The translations under genes were made by a program, and so were the position numbers. The notes below the pieces were generated by a model, which searched no databases, was not told where the DNA came from, and was given only the letters and a program-made list of their open reading frames with translations. A stretch of 64,000 nucleotides of DNA from an uncultured archaeon. Lineage in GTDB: Archaea > Aenigmatarchaeota > Aenigmatarchaeia > GW2011-AR5. This document shows positions 47,105 to 56,865 of this stretch, piece by piece (position 1 is the stretch's first letter; every line of letters starts with the position of its first letter). Location of the stretch: positions 2,373 to 66,372 of the forward strand of contig CAYJVT010000001.1 in assembly GCA_964373695.1 (NCBI GenBank), written 5' to 3'.

Positions 47105-47134
47105 TCATTTAAGCCTTTTTCTCATACGTAAAGC

Positions 47135-47779
47135 ATGCCAGGTCTCATAATACAGCACCGCGTCAACAATATAGGCGCGCTCCGCAAGATACAACCAAAA
47201 TACGGCGTGGAGATAGACATCCGTCACGACAACAGGACAGGCAGCCTGTATCTGAACCATGACCCGGGAGAGGGCGACGACTTCTTTGAATATTTGGATG
47301 TTTTCGCGGAGCAGGGCAACCGCTTCGCTATATTCAACCCGAAAGAAATCGGCATTGAGCAGCGAATAATAGAAGCTGCCAAGGAACGCGGCATTGAGGA
47401 CTACTTCCTTCTCGACCTTGAATTCCCTTTCATATATCGTGCCGCTCAAGGCGGCGTGCCAAACATCGGCAAACGCATCGCCATCCGCTATTCAGAGGCC
47501 GAGCCTTTGGAGCAGGCAATGCTGCTCAAAGGCAGGTTTGACTGGGTATTCGTCGACGTCAACACTCGCCTGCCGCTCGACAAAAAAATATGCAATATGC
47601 TTGATGAAGCAGGCTTCAGGACCTGCATCGTATGCCCGTCGCGCTGGAAGCGTCCTGATGACATACCAAAGTTCATAGAGCAGATGAAGAAAGAAGGCAT
47701 AAAGATAGACGCTGTCATGACCAAGGACCCGTATGCAGAACAGTGGGAGAACAGCGGCGTTGTGAGGCCGTTCAAATGA
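47135..47779 (+). CDS. PI-PLC/GDPD-like phosphodiesterase-fold protein
   Basis: QHRVN, GVEIDIR, LNHDP, NPKE.GIE, IRYSEAE, WVFVD. Confidence 0.65.
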   Translation: MPGLIIQHRVNNIGALRKIQPKYGVEIDIRHDNRTGSLYLNHDPGEGDDFFEYLDVFAEQGNRFAIFNPKEIGIEQRIIEAAKERGIEDYFLLDLEFPFIYRAAQGGVPNIGKRIAIRYSEAEPLEQAMLLKGRFDWVFVDVNTRLPLDKKICNMLDEAGFRTCIVCPSRWKRPDDIPKFIEQMKKEGIKIDAVMTKDPYAEQWENSGVVRPFK

Positions 47780-48603
47780 CAAACCTCGTCCCGATGGCAG
47801 GGCTCGGGAAGCGCTTCTCTGACGAAGGCTACAGCTTGCCGAAGCCGCTGATACCAGTGTCAGGCAGGCCGATGATAGTGCAGGCAATAAGGAGCATGCC
47901 TTCTGACAAGGATTGGGTTTTCGTGTGCAGGAAGGAGCACATAGAAAAATATCATGTTGACAAAATCCTCATGAAGGAAGCGCCTTCCTGTAAAATCATT
48001 GCCGTTGACAAAACGACAGAAGGACAGGCATCCACATGCCTCCTCGCAAAGGGCTTCATAGACATGGAAAAGCCGCTTTTCATAGGCGCGTGCGACAACG
48101 GCATGGTATTCGACAGGGAGAAATGGAAAAAGCTTACTTCTGACAAGAGTATAGACGCAATAATTCTGACATTCACGAGGCAGCCCAACATGACAAGAAA
48201 TCCCAAGGCGTGGGGCTGGGTTGTTAATGACAATGGCGTTGTGCGGGATATATCTGTAAAAGTGCCTGTGAGCGACGACCCTTTCAACGACCACGCCGTC
48301 GTGGGCTCGTTCTGGTTCCGCACCGGCCAGGTATTCGTTGACGCGGCGGAGCAGATGATAGCCTCCAACAAGCGCACGAACAACGAGTTCTATGTCGATT
48401 CTGTGCCCATGGAAATCATCGCGAACGGCGGCAAGGTCATGATATTCGACCTGAAGCAGTACATAGGATGGGGAACCCCCATAGACCTCCGCGAGTACGA
48501 GCATTGGGAATCTGCCATATTGAAGGGCGCCTCAGAGCAAGACAGGAAATCCGATTTTTACGGCTTCTGGAAGGATTATTTCACGAAAAACATGATAAGA
48601 TGA
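47776..48603 (+). CDS. Nucleotidyltransferase (NTP_transferase fold, type B)
   Basis: PMAGLGKRF..GYSLPKPLI, TEGQA, ACD, NEFYVD, WGTP. Start ATG 47776 overlaps the upstream TGA. Confidence 0.85.
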   Translation: MTNLVPMAGLGKRFSDEGYSLPKPLIPVSGRPMIVQAIRSMPSDKDWVFVCRKEHIEKYHVDKILMKEAPSCKIIAVDKTTEGQASTCLLAKGFIDMEKPLFIGACDNGMVFDREKWKKLTSDKSIDAIILTFTRQPNMTRNPKAWGWVVNDNGVVRDISVKVPVSDDPFNDHAVVGSFWFRTGQVFVDAAEQMIASNKRTNNEFYVDSVPMEIIANGGKVMIFDLKQYIGWGTPIDLREYEHWESAILKGASEQDRKSDFYGFWKDYFTKNMIR

Positions 48604-48612
48604 GCGCCCTGC

Positions 48613-48625
48613 CAAAAGTTAAATA
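48613..48625 (+). promoter_or_regulatory. Archaeal BRE-TATA promoter
   Basis: CAAAAG followed by TTAAATA, 22-28 nt upstream of ATG 48647. Confidence 0.5.
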
Positions 48626-48646
48626 AACTTGATTTAATGTGGTCAA

Positions 48647-51127
48647 ATGGGGCTCGTGGAAAGGCTTGAAGCGGGCGACAGGATAGGAAGCCAGTTTTCA
48701 AGGTTCGTCGTCATAGGCGGCATAAGCACGCTGATAAACTACGCCGTTTTCCTCGTCCTGTATGCCATGCTTTCCGTAAACTACCTTGTCGCGTCAGCCG
48801 CCGGCTACGTGGTCGGCGCCGTCTTTGGATATTACTTCAACGCCCGCCTGACCTTCAGGAGCAGGCCCGGCCTCAGCGTGATGCCCTATTTTGCCGTATA
48901 CCTGTTCTCGCTGGTGGCGGGTCTTGGGGTGCTGAGGTTCTTCTCTGTGTCGGCCGGCATAGAGCCGCTGTTTTCAAACGTGATTTCAATAGCGTTCACG
49001 GCGGCGGCCAACTTCCTGGGGTGCAGGTATCTGGTTTTCGGCGGCCTGAAAATACCTTCGGTATTCAAAAGTAAGGCATTCCTGTCTGTGCTTGCCTTAA
49101 AGATAATTTTCGCCTTTCTTTTAGCCTCGGACTTCATGACGCAGCTCTTCATACCGTTTGTGCAATATTTCGTCGGGAACCCGCTTTCAAATCCCTACCA
49201 GCATTTCATCGACATAGGCAACGTGAAGGCGTTCCCGTACCCCCCATTCATGCTCCTGGTAGTCTCCGTCCCGTACATGCTGTTTGGCGTCTTCAGCGGG
49301 CCGTTTTTTGAGCTTTTCGCGATGCGTATACCGCTTCTGGCGGCCGACATAGCGATATTCTACGTTCTGTACAGGATTCTGGACGGGAAGAAGGTGATGC
49401 TCCTCTACTGGGCGTCCCCTGTGGTGTTCTACATAACGTATATCCACGGCCAGCTCGACATAATACCCGTGGCGCTCCTGTTCCTGTCAGCCTATTTCCT
49501 CAAAGGCCGTCAGTACGTGAAATCCGCGGCCCTCCTGGGCGCCGGCATCGCGGCGAAGTCGTTTGTCTTCGTGGCGCTTCCTCTTTACCTCGCTTACCTG
49601 ATAAAGAAAAAAATCCGCTGGATAGGGACGGCTGCATTTTTCGCCATTTCCCTGGGGATGTATGCCGCCTTCCTCGTGCCCTTTGTCTTCAGCGAAGGCT
49701 TCGTCCGCATGGTATTCGGCGCCGAGGAGCAGTTCAGGCTGTTCAATCTTTCGGTGGATTTAACCCTTGGCCTGGTCTATTACATAGTTCCTGCAGCCTA
49801 TGCATACATACTTTTCAAGGCATTCTCCTTCAAGAGGATGACGAGTGACATGCTGTTCGTCCTTCTGGGCATGACCCTTACATTTCTTGTCACGTTCATA
49901 CATCCTGAGCGCGGCTGGTATATGTGGGCTATCCCGTTCGTAATCTATTTTCTGGTGAAGGAGAGGATAAGCGTATGGATTTACTCGGCTTTCAATGCCG
50001 CGTACCTCCTTTACTTCCTTTTCGTTCCGGACTCGGACGTGTTCCGCGTATTCCAGGTGGTGTGGCCATCTATATCATCACTGATGACGCCGTACTACAT
50101 GCTGGTTTCCGCAGGAATCCCATCGGACATACTGGTCAACGTCCTGTTCACCGCCATGACGTCGGCGCTGCTTTACCTTACGTACATAATCTACAGGAGG
50201 GGCGTCAGAAGCGGTCTGCTGTTCCAGGAGAAGAACGGAATACCGATAATAGGGATAGGAGGCGACTCAGGCTCCGGCAAGACCACCCTTGCGAAGACTC
50301 TTTCGGAACTGTTTGGCAGGGAGCGCGTGACGACTGTATACGGGGATGACATACACAGATGGGAGAGAAAAGACAGTAACTGGGAAAAGTATACGCATCT
50401 CAACCCTGCCGGAAACAGAATTTACCTGAATTACAGGCAGATAAGGAAGCTGAAGGGCGGCGCCACGATAAGCAGGCCGCATTACGACCACGGCACCGGG
50501 AAATTCACTTCCCCGTCCAGTATAAAGCCGAGAGACATAATAATCTCCGAAGGCCTCCATACGTTTTTCATCAGCGAATCCAATAGCATCTACGAAATAA
50601 AGGCTTTCCTTGACCCCGATCCATCATTAAGAGTTCTGTGGAAGCTCAGGCGTGATATGAAGCTCAGGGGATACTCAAAGAAGGAGGTAATGAAGAAACT
50701 TGGGCAAAGAAGGCGCGACTCAGACAGGTTCATCGCGCCGCAGAAGATGTATGCCGACATGGTGATTTCTTACATGCCTGAAGGGAAGGTGAGCTTTTCC
50801 GACATTGAAAATGACGTTCCTGTAAGGCTGCAGATCGACGTGAAGAACGACATACCGCTCGAAGGTTTTCTGGAGGCTGCGTCCGGAATAAAATCTCTCG
50901 GCATAGAGATGGAATACCATGACCACAGATTCCAGCGCATGGTGTTCAGGGGCGGCGCTTCGGTGGAAGATATTGGAAATCTGCTGAACTCCCTTGACAT
51001 AGATTACGAAACGTACGAAATAGACAGGAACGGAATCAGGGGCGGGTTCGACGGCATTTTACAGGTTATTTTCCTTTATTGCCTCAACGAAAGGCTCAAG
51101 GTGCTGGGTGGTGGCGGCGATGAATGA
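48647..51127 (+). CDS. Three-domain fusion: GtrA-like flippase, GT-C-like membrane transferase, phosphoribulokinase/uridine-kinase-like P-loop kinase
   Basis: RFVVIGGISTLINY..NARLTFR (GtrA); AFPYPP..HGQLDIIP..HPERGWYMW (GT-C-like); GIGGDSGSGKTT, DDIHRWER, PHYDHGTG, ISEGLH, RDMKLRG, PQKMYAD (kinase). Confidence 0.85.
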   Translation: MGLVERLEAGDRIGSQFSRFVVIGGISTLINYAVFLVLYAMLSVNYLVASAAGYVVGAVFGYYFNARLTFRSRPGLSVMPYFAVYLFSLVAGLGVLRFFSVSAGIEPLFSNVISIAFTAAANFLGCRYLVFGGLKIPSVFKSKAFLSVLALKIIFAFLLASDFMTQLFIPFVQYFVGNPLSNPYQHFIDIGNVKAFPYPPFMLLVVSVPYMLFGVFSGPFFELFAMRIPLLAADIAIFYVLYRILDGKKVMLLYWASPVVFYITYIHGQLDIIPVALLFLSAYFLKGRQYVKSAALLGAGIAAKSFVFVALPLYLAYLIKKKIRWIGTAAFFAISLGMYAAFLVPFVFSEGFVRMVFGAEEQFRLFNLSVDLTLGLVYYIVPAAYAYILFKAFSFKRMTSDMLFVLLGMTLTFLVTFIHPERGWYMWAIPFVIYFLVKERISVWIYSAFNAAYLLYFLFVPDSDVFRVFQVVWPSISSLMTPYYMLVSAGIPSDILVNVLFTAMTSALLYLTYIIYRRGVRSGLLFQEKNGIPIIGIGGDSGSGKTTLAKTLSELFGRERVTTVYGDDIHRWERKDSNWEKYTHLNPAGNRIYLNYRQIRKLKGGATISRPHYDHGTGKFTSPSSIKPRDIIISEGLHTFFISESNSIYEIKAFLDPDPSLRVLWKLRRDMKLRGYSKKEVMKKLGQRRRDSDRFIAPQKMYADMVISYMPEGKVSFSDIENDVPVRLQIDVKNDIPLEGFLEAASGIKSLGIEMEYHDHRFQRMVFRGGASVEDIGNLLNSLDIDYETYEIDRNGIRGGFDGILQVIFLYCLNERLKVLGGGGDE

Positions 51128-52052
51128 ACTTGAATGGCTCGTAAAGACCTCAGGGAATATCGGAAGCGACCCAAGGCTTGTCCAGGGCACCGGGGGCAAC
51201 CTGTCAGTGAAGCTCGGCGGAAAGATGATGATAAAATCCTCCGGGGTCAGAATGGATGCTGTCAGTAACGGCAGCGGATGGAGCGTCGTCGACCACGGGA
51301 AGATAGCCGGCATATATTCAAGAAGATTAACAGAGGAAGACGCCGGGAGGGTTTTGGAAGAAGCCATTATCGAAGGCTCAAAGCCCTCGATAGAGACGGG
51401 GTTTCACTCGTTTCTTGAAAAATACGTCATTCACGTCCACCCTGTCCATCTTAATGTCATTCTGTGCTGTGAAAAAAGCGCTGAAATTATGTCCGAAATT
51501 TTCTCGCCGGACGAATTCACCTGGGTTCCTTATACCAAGGTAGGCCACAGACTGGCAGCAGAGATAAAAGACCGCGGCCATGACAGAGGGATTATATTCC
51601 TGGAAAATCACGGTGTGATAATATCATCAGACAGCCCCAAGGACTGCACAGAAATTCTTTCGTCTGTCGAGGAGCGTGTAAGAAAATACCTAGAGTCAAA
51701 AATCCGGCCGTTCGAGCCGTTTTCATATACGATACCAAGGGAAGCGGAAGGCTGCTATGTCAGCACTTCCGAAGCGGTTCTGCGCGGCAGGTCGGGAATT
51801 TTCTCCGGCTTTCTTTTCCCTGACGCCGTCGTCTTCTCCTTGCCGGAAAAGATAAAAGCTGACGCCAAGGGCGTAACGTATTTAATGGATTATGCGAATG
51901 CTGTAAACGTTGATGGCGTGCTGGCGGCTCATGCATACATAAAGGAAAATGCCGCAAAGCTCGGCATGCTGAAATACCTCACGGAAATGGAAATCAGCGA
52001 CATAATAGGCATGGAATCTGAAAAATACAGGAGAAAGATGGTTGGATTATGA
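51120..52052 (+). CDS. Class II aldolase/adducin-family protein
   Basis: VQGTGGNLSVK, KPSIETGFH, IHVHP, FLENHG. Confidence 0.85.
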   Translation: MNELEWLVKTSGNIGSDPRLVQGTGGNLSVKLGGKMMIKSSGVRMDAVSNGSGWSVVDHGKIAGIYSRRLTEEDAGRVLEEAIIEGSKPSIETGFHSFLEKYVIHVHPVHLNVILCCEKSAEIMSEIFSPDEFTWVPYTKVGHRLAAEIKDRGHDRGIIFLENHGVIISSDSPKDCTEILSSVEERVRKYLESKIRPFEPFSYTIPREAEGCYVSTSEAVLRGRSGIFSGFLFPDAVVFSLPEKIKADAKGVTYLMDYANAVNVDGVLAAHAYIKENAAKLGMLKYLTEMEISDIIGMESEKYRRKMVGL

Positions 52053-52918
52053 AAGTGATAATACCGGCGGCCGGGATTGGCCAGAGATTTCTGGATGCCG
52101 GATATAAAAAACCGAAGCCGCTGATACTCGCCGACGGCATCCCGTTTGCCAGGCATGTGGCAAATATGTTTTCCCCTAGCGATGAGTTTGTTTTCGTGTG
52201 CAATGAAGAGCACCTGAAAACGACGGAGATGCGCAGCGTCGTCGAAAGCGTCGGCCGCATAGTTTCCATAAAGCCCCACTCCCTCGGCCCTGTGCACAGC
52301 GTTCTTGCCGCCTCTGACCTCATAGAGGAAGATGAGCCTGTGATGGTCTGCTACTGCGATTTCTACGAATGGTGGGATTATCAGCATTTCAAAGATACAG
52401 TGAAAGAAAGCGGATGCGACGCGGCCGTCACCGCGTACACCGGATTCCACCCCCACCTTCTGGGCACCGGCCTATACGCCTCGATGAAAGTGGAAAACGG
52501 CTGGATGCTGGAATGCAGGGAGAAGCACAGCTTTACGGAGGACAAGATGGACAGCTTCCACCAGACTGGAAAGTTTTACTTCTCCACCGGAAGCATTTTG
52601 AAAAGGTTCTTCAGTGATATAAAGGAAAGGAACCTCGTAGTGAACGGTGAATTCTACATCAGCGTCGTGACGCAGGCGATGGTGGAGGCGGGCCTGAAGG
52701 TGATGGTATATCCGGTGGAGCATTTCCTCCAGTGGGGCACGCCGCAGGAGCTGGAGGAATACACGCAGTGGTCAGGGTACTTCTCGGGCAAGAACGGGTT
52801 GCCGGAGGCTTTCGACGAAAGGAGCTTAGGATACTGGGAATCGTTCTTCAGGAAATGCCCGTGGCATCCGTACGGAAAAGGTGGGGCTCATGATAAAGGG
52901 GATTATGCTAGACCTTGA
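52049..52918 (+). CDS. Nucleotidyltransferase (type A)
   Basis: PAAGIGQRFLDAGYKKPKPLI, CYCDF, NGEFYIS, WGTPQE. Confidence 0.85.
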   Translation: MKVIIPAAGIGQRFLDAGYKKPKPLILADGIPFARHVANMFSPSDEFVFVCNEEHLKTTEMRSVVESVGRIVSIKPHSLGPVHSVLAASDLIEEDEPVMVCYCDFYEWWDYQHFKDTVKESGCDAAVTAYTGFHPHLLGTGLYASMKVENGWMLECREKHSFTEDKMDSFHQTGKFYFSTGSILKRFFSDIKERNLVVNGEFYISVVTQAMVEAGLKVMVYPVEHFLQWGTPQELEEYTQWSGYFSGKNGLPEAFDERSLGYWESFFRKCPWHPYGKGGAHDKGDYARP

Positions 52919-53549
52919 CAACACCCTCTATGACTATGAAACCTGCAATGAATACGCAAAATACGAGCTTTTCCGCAAAATCGAGGGCGATATGGGCGTT
53001 GCCGGCGCCGAAAAGGCGTTCGACGAAGCAAGAAAATCCGTGAAGAAGTCTCTTGAGAAGACGGCGGCCGGCCATTCGCGCCTTCTTTACATAGGGAAGG
53101 CGCTAGAGGCCCTTGGCATAAGCGCACTCCATTCGGTGCGCTATCATGATTTTTTCTGGGAAAAATATTTCGAGAAAATGGAGCTTTTCGAGAGCGTCGC
53201 GGATTTTCTCGAGCATGCAAAAAATTCCGGGATGAAAATCTGCATAGTCACGGACCTCACCGCCGAAATCCAGATGAAGAAAATAATCCACCTCGGGATA
53301 GAAGGCTATGTAGATTTTATCGTGTCGTCTGAGGAGGTGGGTGAAGATAAGCCGTCATCGAAGGTGTTCTGCATGGCCCTAGAGAAGATGGGTATGAAAA
53401 AGGAGGATGTTGTTATGGTGGGGGACGACGAGGAAAAGGACATAAAAGGCGCGGAAAATGCAGGCATCCGTGCGGTGAAGGCGGACCCTTCCATCTTTGC
53501 ATCCGGGAGGCTCGTGGAAATCCTGCAGGCGGCGGATAGGTTTAAGTAA
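52890..53549 (+). CDS. HAD-superfamily phosphatase
   Basis: LDLDNTLYD, VTD, EDKP, MVGDDEEKDI. Confidence 0.9.
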   Translation: MIKGIMLDLDNTLYDYETCNEYAKYELFRKIEGDMGVAGAEKAFDEARKSVKKSLEKTAAGHSRLLYIGKALEALGISALHSVRYHDFFWEKYFEKMELFESVADFLEHAKNSGMKICIVTDLTAEIQMKKIIHLGIEGYVDFIVSSEEVGEDKPSSKVFCMALEKMGMKKEDVVMVGDDEEKDIKGAENAGIRAVKADPSIFASGRLVEILQAADRFK

Positions 53550-53571
53550 ATTTTTTGCGTATCTTTGGAAT

Positions 53572-54201
53572 ATGATACTGCTCCCGAAGCTCAGGCTCGG
53601 CGTAACCGCATTTTCGGGCCCAGAATCCGTGGAAGCGATAAGTAAAATGGGGGTCAGGCATGTGAACATCCCTTCATCTCTCCTGAATGCTGACAACGCC
53701 GGTGCCTACATGGAGAACGCCAAAAAATTCAATATCACAATCGAGGCCGTGTGCACCGGCGGCTCGGATAATTTCGCGGAGCTGGCGGCAGCCGTGGGAG
53801 CGAAGGCACTGTGCATAGCCTTGGATGACATAAGCCTTATCGGAGCCGTTTCGGACAGCGCCAAGAGCACAGGACTTAATTATCTGATATGGGAACCTGC
53901 AGGCATCGGTATGGAAGACTGTAAAAGGACTCTGACAGACATCAGCAAGACGTCTGCCATTCCTGTGAAGCTCGCACTCTCTCTCGAGTCGGATAACATC
54001 TACGAGATGTCGAGAATTATAGGAAAGGACGCCATGATAATCATAAGGAGGAAGGAAGACATTGCAATACTCGGGAAGGTTATCGACAGCCTGAGAACGG
54101 GTGGCTCTAGGGAAAACATGATAATGCTGGATATGCCTTCGGCAGCCATTGACAGCCTCGAGACCTCGGTGGACTACTGTAGGAGTTTCGTCAGAGAGTG
54201 A
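53572..54201 (+). CDS. Degenerate TIM-barrel paralog of the downstream epimerase
   Basis: Collinear similarity to 54198-55106 (LNYLIWEP/LDCLTFEH, GKDAMII/GKDAPIL, SVDYCR/SVNFWK) without its D/H/E ligands. Confidence 0.6.
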   Translation: MILLPKLRLGVTAFSGPESVEAISKMGVRHVNIPSSLLNADNAGAYMENAKKFNITIEAVCTGGSDNFAELAAAVGAKALCIALDDISLIGAVSDSAKSTGLNYLIWEPAGIGMEDCKRTLTDISKTSAIPVKLALSLESDNIYEMSRIIGKDAMIIIRRKEDIAILGKVIDSLRTGGSRENMIMLDMPSAAIDSLETSVDYCRSFVRE

Positions 54202-55106
54202 AATTAATGACAAAAATCAAATTCGGCACTGACCTTGACTTTGCGGTTAACAGGTATCCGGAGCCTGAGGAATGGGCACGCGTCCTGTCGGAAGAGCTTG
54301 GCGTCAGGCATGCCCAGTTCCGCTCCGACCTCATCCAGCCGCATTTTTCCGATGAAATAATAAATGAGCAGGCTGAAAGGGTAAGAGCCGCATGCAAGGA
54401 ATACGGAATCAGGCTGGAGCATGCGTTCACCAGCCAGAGATGGGCCTACTGCGGCCATCCTGACGCAAAAATAAGGGAATACTGGCACTGGTGGCTGAAG
54501 CGCTATTCTGATATTGCTGCAAAAGTCGGTGCGCGGAGCGCAGGAAGCCGCCTCGGCATATACAGCATGAAAGACCTTTCAACAAGGAAGGAGTTCATTC
54601 TAAAGGAGATAATGAGTTTCTGGAAGAAATGGGCATCTTATTCGAAGAAGGCCGGCCTTGACTGCCTGACATTCGAGCATCTCTCAATCCCGAGGGAGCT
54701 TGCCGACACGATAGAAGGCGCAAGACAGGTGCTTGACATGGCAAAGGGCTCCGAAATTCCAATCCTGTTGTGCCTTGACACCGACCAAGGAAATGTGATG
54801 TCCGGAAACCCGAAGGATGGCGACCCGTACGAATGGCTCAGGGAATTCGGCAAAGACGCGCCTATCCTGCACCTCAAACAGAGAATAAGAGGCAACGCCT
54901 CGTCTGGCAAGCCGTTCACGCCCGAAAACAACAAGGAAGGAATGATAATACCGGAGAAAGTCGTGGAAGCACTTGAAGAAAGCGGAGCGAAGGAAGTCAA
55001 CCTTTACCTTGAGCCTTCATTCCGCGAACGCCTGCCGCAGGACAACAACGTAATCAGTGACCTCAGGCAGTCGGTCAACTTCTGGAAGCCTTACGCCGAC
55101 GAATAG
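54198..55106 (+). CDS. Xylose-isomerase-like TIM barrel sugar-phosphate epimerase/isomerase (EryC-like)
   Basis: FAVNRYPEPEEW, FEH, LCLDTD, ILHLKQ, LYLE metal-ligand pattern. Confidence 0.75.
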   Translation: MKLMTKIKFGTDLDFAVNRYPEPEEWARVLSEELGVRHAQFRSDLIQPHFSDEIINEQAERVRAACKEYGIRLEHAFTSQRWAYCGHPDAKIREYWHWWLKRYSDIAAKVGARSAGSRLGIYSMKDLSTRKEFILKEIMSFWKKWASYSKKAGLDCLTFEHLSIPRELADTIEGARQVLDMAKGSEIPILLCLDTDQGNVMSGNPKDGDPYEWLREFGKDAPILHLKQRIRGNASSGKPFTPENNKEGMIIPEKVVEALEESGAKEVNLYLEPSFRERLPQDNNVISDLRQSVNFWKPYADE

Positions 55107-55134
55107 CTCAAAGCCTATGAAACGTCTGTCATGC

Positions 55135-55707
55135 TCACTCCAGATTCGCGTGGTATTTCCACAGCTCTTCGCCGGGAATGCTTTTCCTGCCTTGTATCAT
55201 CAAAGATACTATGTCCCCGAATACGTGGAGTGACTGGTCAAAGAGCGTGCTCATGGGCTGTATAGACTTCACGCCTTCCTGCATATTGGTCTTCGTCGGG
55301 CATTTCAGGTGGACGCACATGTCTGCAAGAGATTTTATTGTGGATTGCTCCGAAGATGTAATGAGAGCCAGCTTGGCGTTGTGCTTCTTCGCTATCTGCG
55401 ATATTGTGACAGGAACCTTGCTCTCGCCTGAGCCGCTGGCGACTATGAGGAGATCGCGCGGCGTTATGGCCTTTTCTGCGACGGAGCCGACGACGTGGCA
55501 GTCTATGCCCAAATGGCTTAAGCGCTTTGCCATGCACTGCAAGGAAAGGAATACGCGGCCGACTGCTATGAAGAATACTTTCTCGGCTCTCAGTATTTCT
55601 TCCACTAGCGCATCCACTTCGTTTGTATCGACCATTTTCGTTACGCTGTATATCTCGTCCAGGACAGACACTGTGAACTTGCTGTATTCGTGCTCCATAA
55701 ACATCAC
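55135..55707 (-). CDS. hxlB: 6-phospho-3-hexuloisomerase-like SIS protein
   Basis: AVGRV, SGSGES, QPMSTLFDQ, C-terminal HANLE. Confidence 0.85.
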   Translation of the reverse strand: MMFMEHEYSKFTVSVLDEIYSVTKMVDTNEVDALVEEILRAEKVFFIAVGRVFLSLQCMAKRLSHLGIDCHVVGSVAEKAITPRDLLIVASGSGESKVPVTISQIAKKHNAKLALITSSEQSTIKSLADMCVHLKCPTKTNMQEGVKSIQPMSTLFDQSLHVFGDIVSLMIQGRKSIPGEELWKYHANLE

Positions 55708-56744
55708 GGTTCCACGACGACCTTCAGGCCGTCACGGTTTTTTACTGTTTCAAACGCCTTTAAAATATCGTCAAGTGGGAATTTGTGAGTTATGATATTT
55801 TTCGTCTTTATGTCTCCGTTTGCAAGCAGCTCCAGGGCCTTCCTGTGGTGATCTTTTGTGGAGGAAAATGAGCCGCCGACGGCGAACTGCCTGTAATGCA
55901 TGTAGTTGTTCTGGAATGTCACGGTGTCGTCGGTGCCTTTCGGCACGCCGCCAAAAAGGTTCACGAAACCGCCCTTTGCCACAGCCTGGATGCAGGCGCG
56001 ATGCGCATTTATGTCACTGCACGCCGAAACAACGATATCATATCCCCTTCCGCCTGTCAGCTCTATGGACTCCTCAAGGAAGTCGTTGTTCTCCGAATGG
56101 ATATAATGGTCGGCGCCTGTAGGCCTTGACATCTCAAGCCTTTTCTCATTCCTGTCAACAAGAACAGCCATCGAGGCGCCCATTATCTGTGCCGTATTTA
56201 TCATGAGATTTCCTATCGGCCCAGCCCCTATCACGAGCACACTTTTCCCTTCTTTCATGCCGGCGAATTCCAGCCCGTTGTATACGCATGCGAGCGGCTC
56301 TGCAAAGGACGCCTCGACAAAGTCGAGGTTCTTCGGCATGAAATTAATCGGCCCGCGTTCCGCCGCTTCCTTCGGCAAAAGCAGATATTCAGCGAAGCCT
56401 CCCGGGACGGTCGAGCCTATGGAGATAACATTCTGGCAAAGCATGTCCAGGCCCCTCCGGCATTCCTCACAGTTTCTGCATGATATCTCATTACCCATGG
56501 CAAGCCTGTCTCCAATGCTGAAATTCTCCACGCCTTTTCCAATTTCAGTAACAGTGCCGGCGATTTCGTGCCCCATTACAAAGGGGAATTTCTTTATCCT
56601 GTCGCCGTACTCGTAGAACCTGAGGTCTGAGCCGCAGACGCCGCATGCGCCAACCTTAAGGAGTATCTCACCTTCTTTCGGGACAGGCGTTTCGACATCC
56701 CCGACCCTCATATTTTTGGGGCTTTCAAGAAGGGCGGCTTTCAT
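55704..56744 (-). CDS. Zn-dependent polyol (sorbitol/L-iditol-type) dehydrogenase
   Basis: CGVCGSD, GHE, CRNCEEC..C, EPLAC, GAGPIG. Confidence 0.9.
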   Translation of the reverse strand: MKAALLESPKNMRVGDVETPVPKEGEILLKVGACGVCGSDLRFYEYGDRIKKFPFVMGHEIAGTVTEIGKGVENFSIGDRLAMGNEISCRNCEECRRGLDMLCQNVISIGSTVPGGFAEYLLLPKEAAERGPINFMPKNLDFVEASFAEPLACVYNGLEFAGMKEGKSVLVIGAGPIGNLMINTAQIMGASMAVLVDRNEKRLEMSRPTGADHYIHSENNDFLEESIELTGGRGYDIVVSACSDINAHRACIQAVAKGGFVNLFGGVPKGTDDTVTFQNNYMHYRQFAVGGSFSSTKDHHRKALELLANGDIKTKNIITHKFPLDDILKAFETVKNRDGLKVVVEP

Positions 56745-56865
56745 GCTAGTCCTAAATCAAAAGTCTTTATAACAGTATCGTATGAAAAAAACGTCGTTTT
56801 GTTGCATTGTTTATGAAGAATAGAACGGTTTCGGTTTTAAAAGCGTTTTTCCTTAATACAAATAA

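Noticed and set aside
50240-55707. PRK-like domain plus PHI as evidence of carbon fixation (RHP/CBB)
   Set aside because: No RuBisCO or HPS in the window, the kinase is fused to membrane glycosylation domains, and the context is glycan synthesis.
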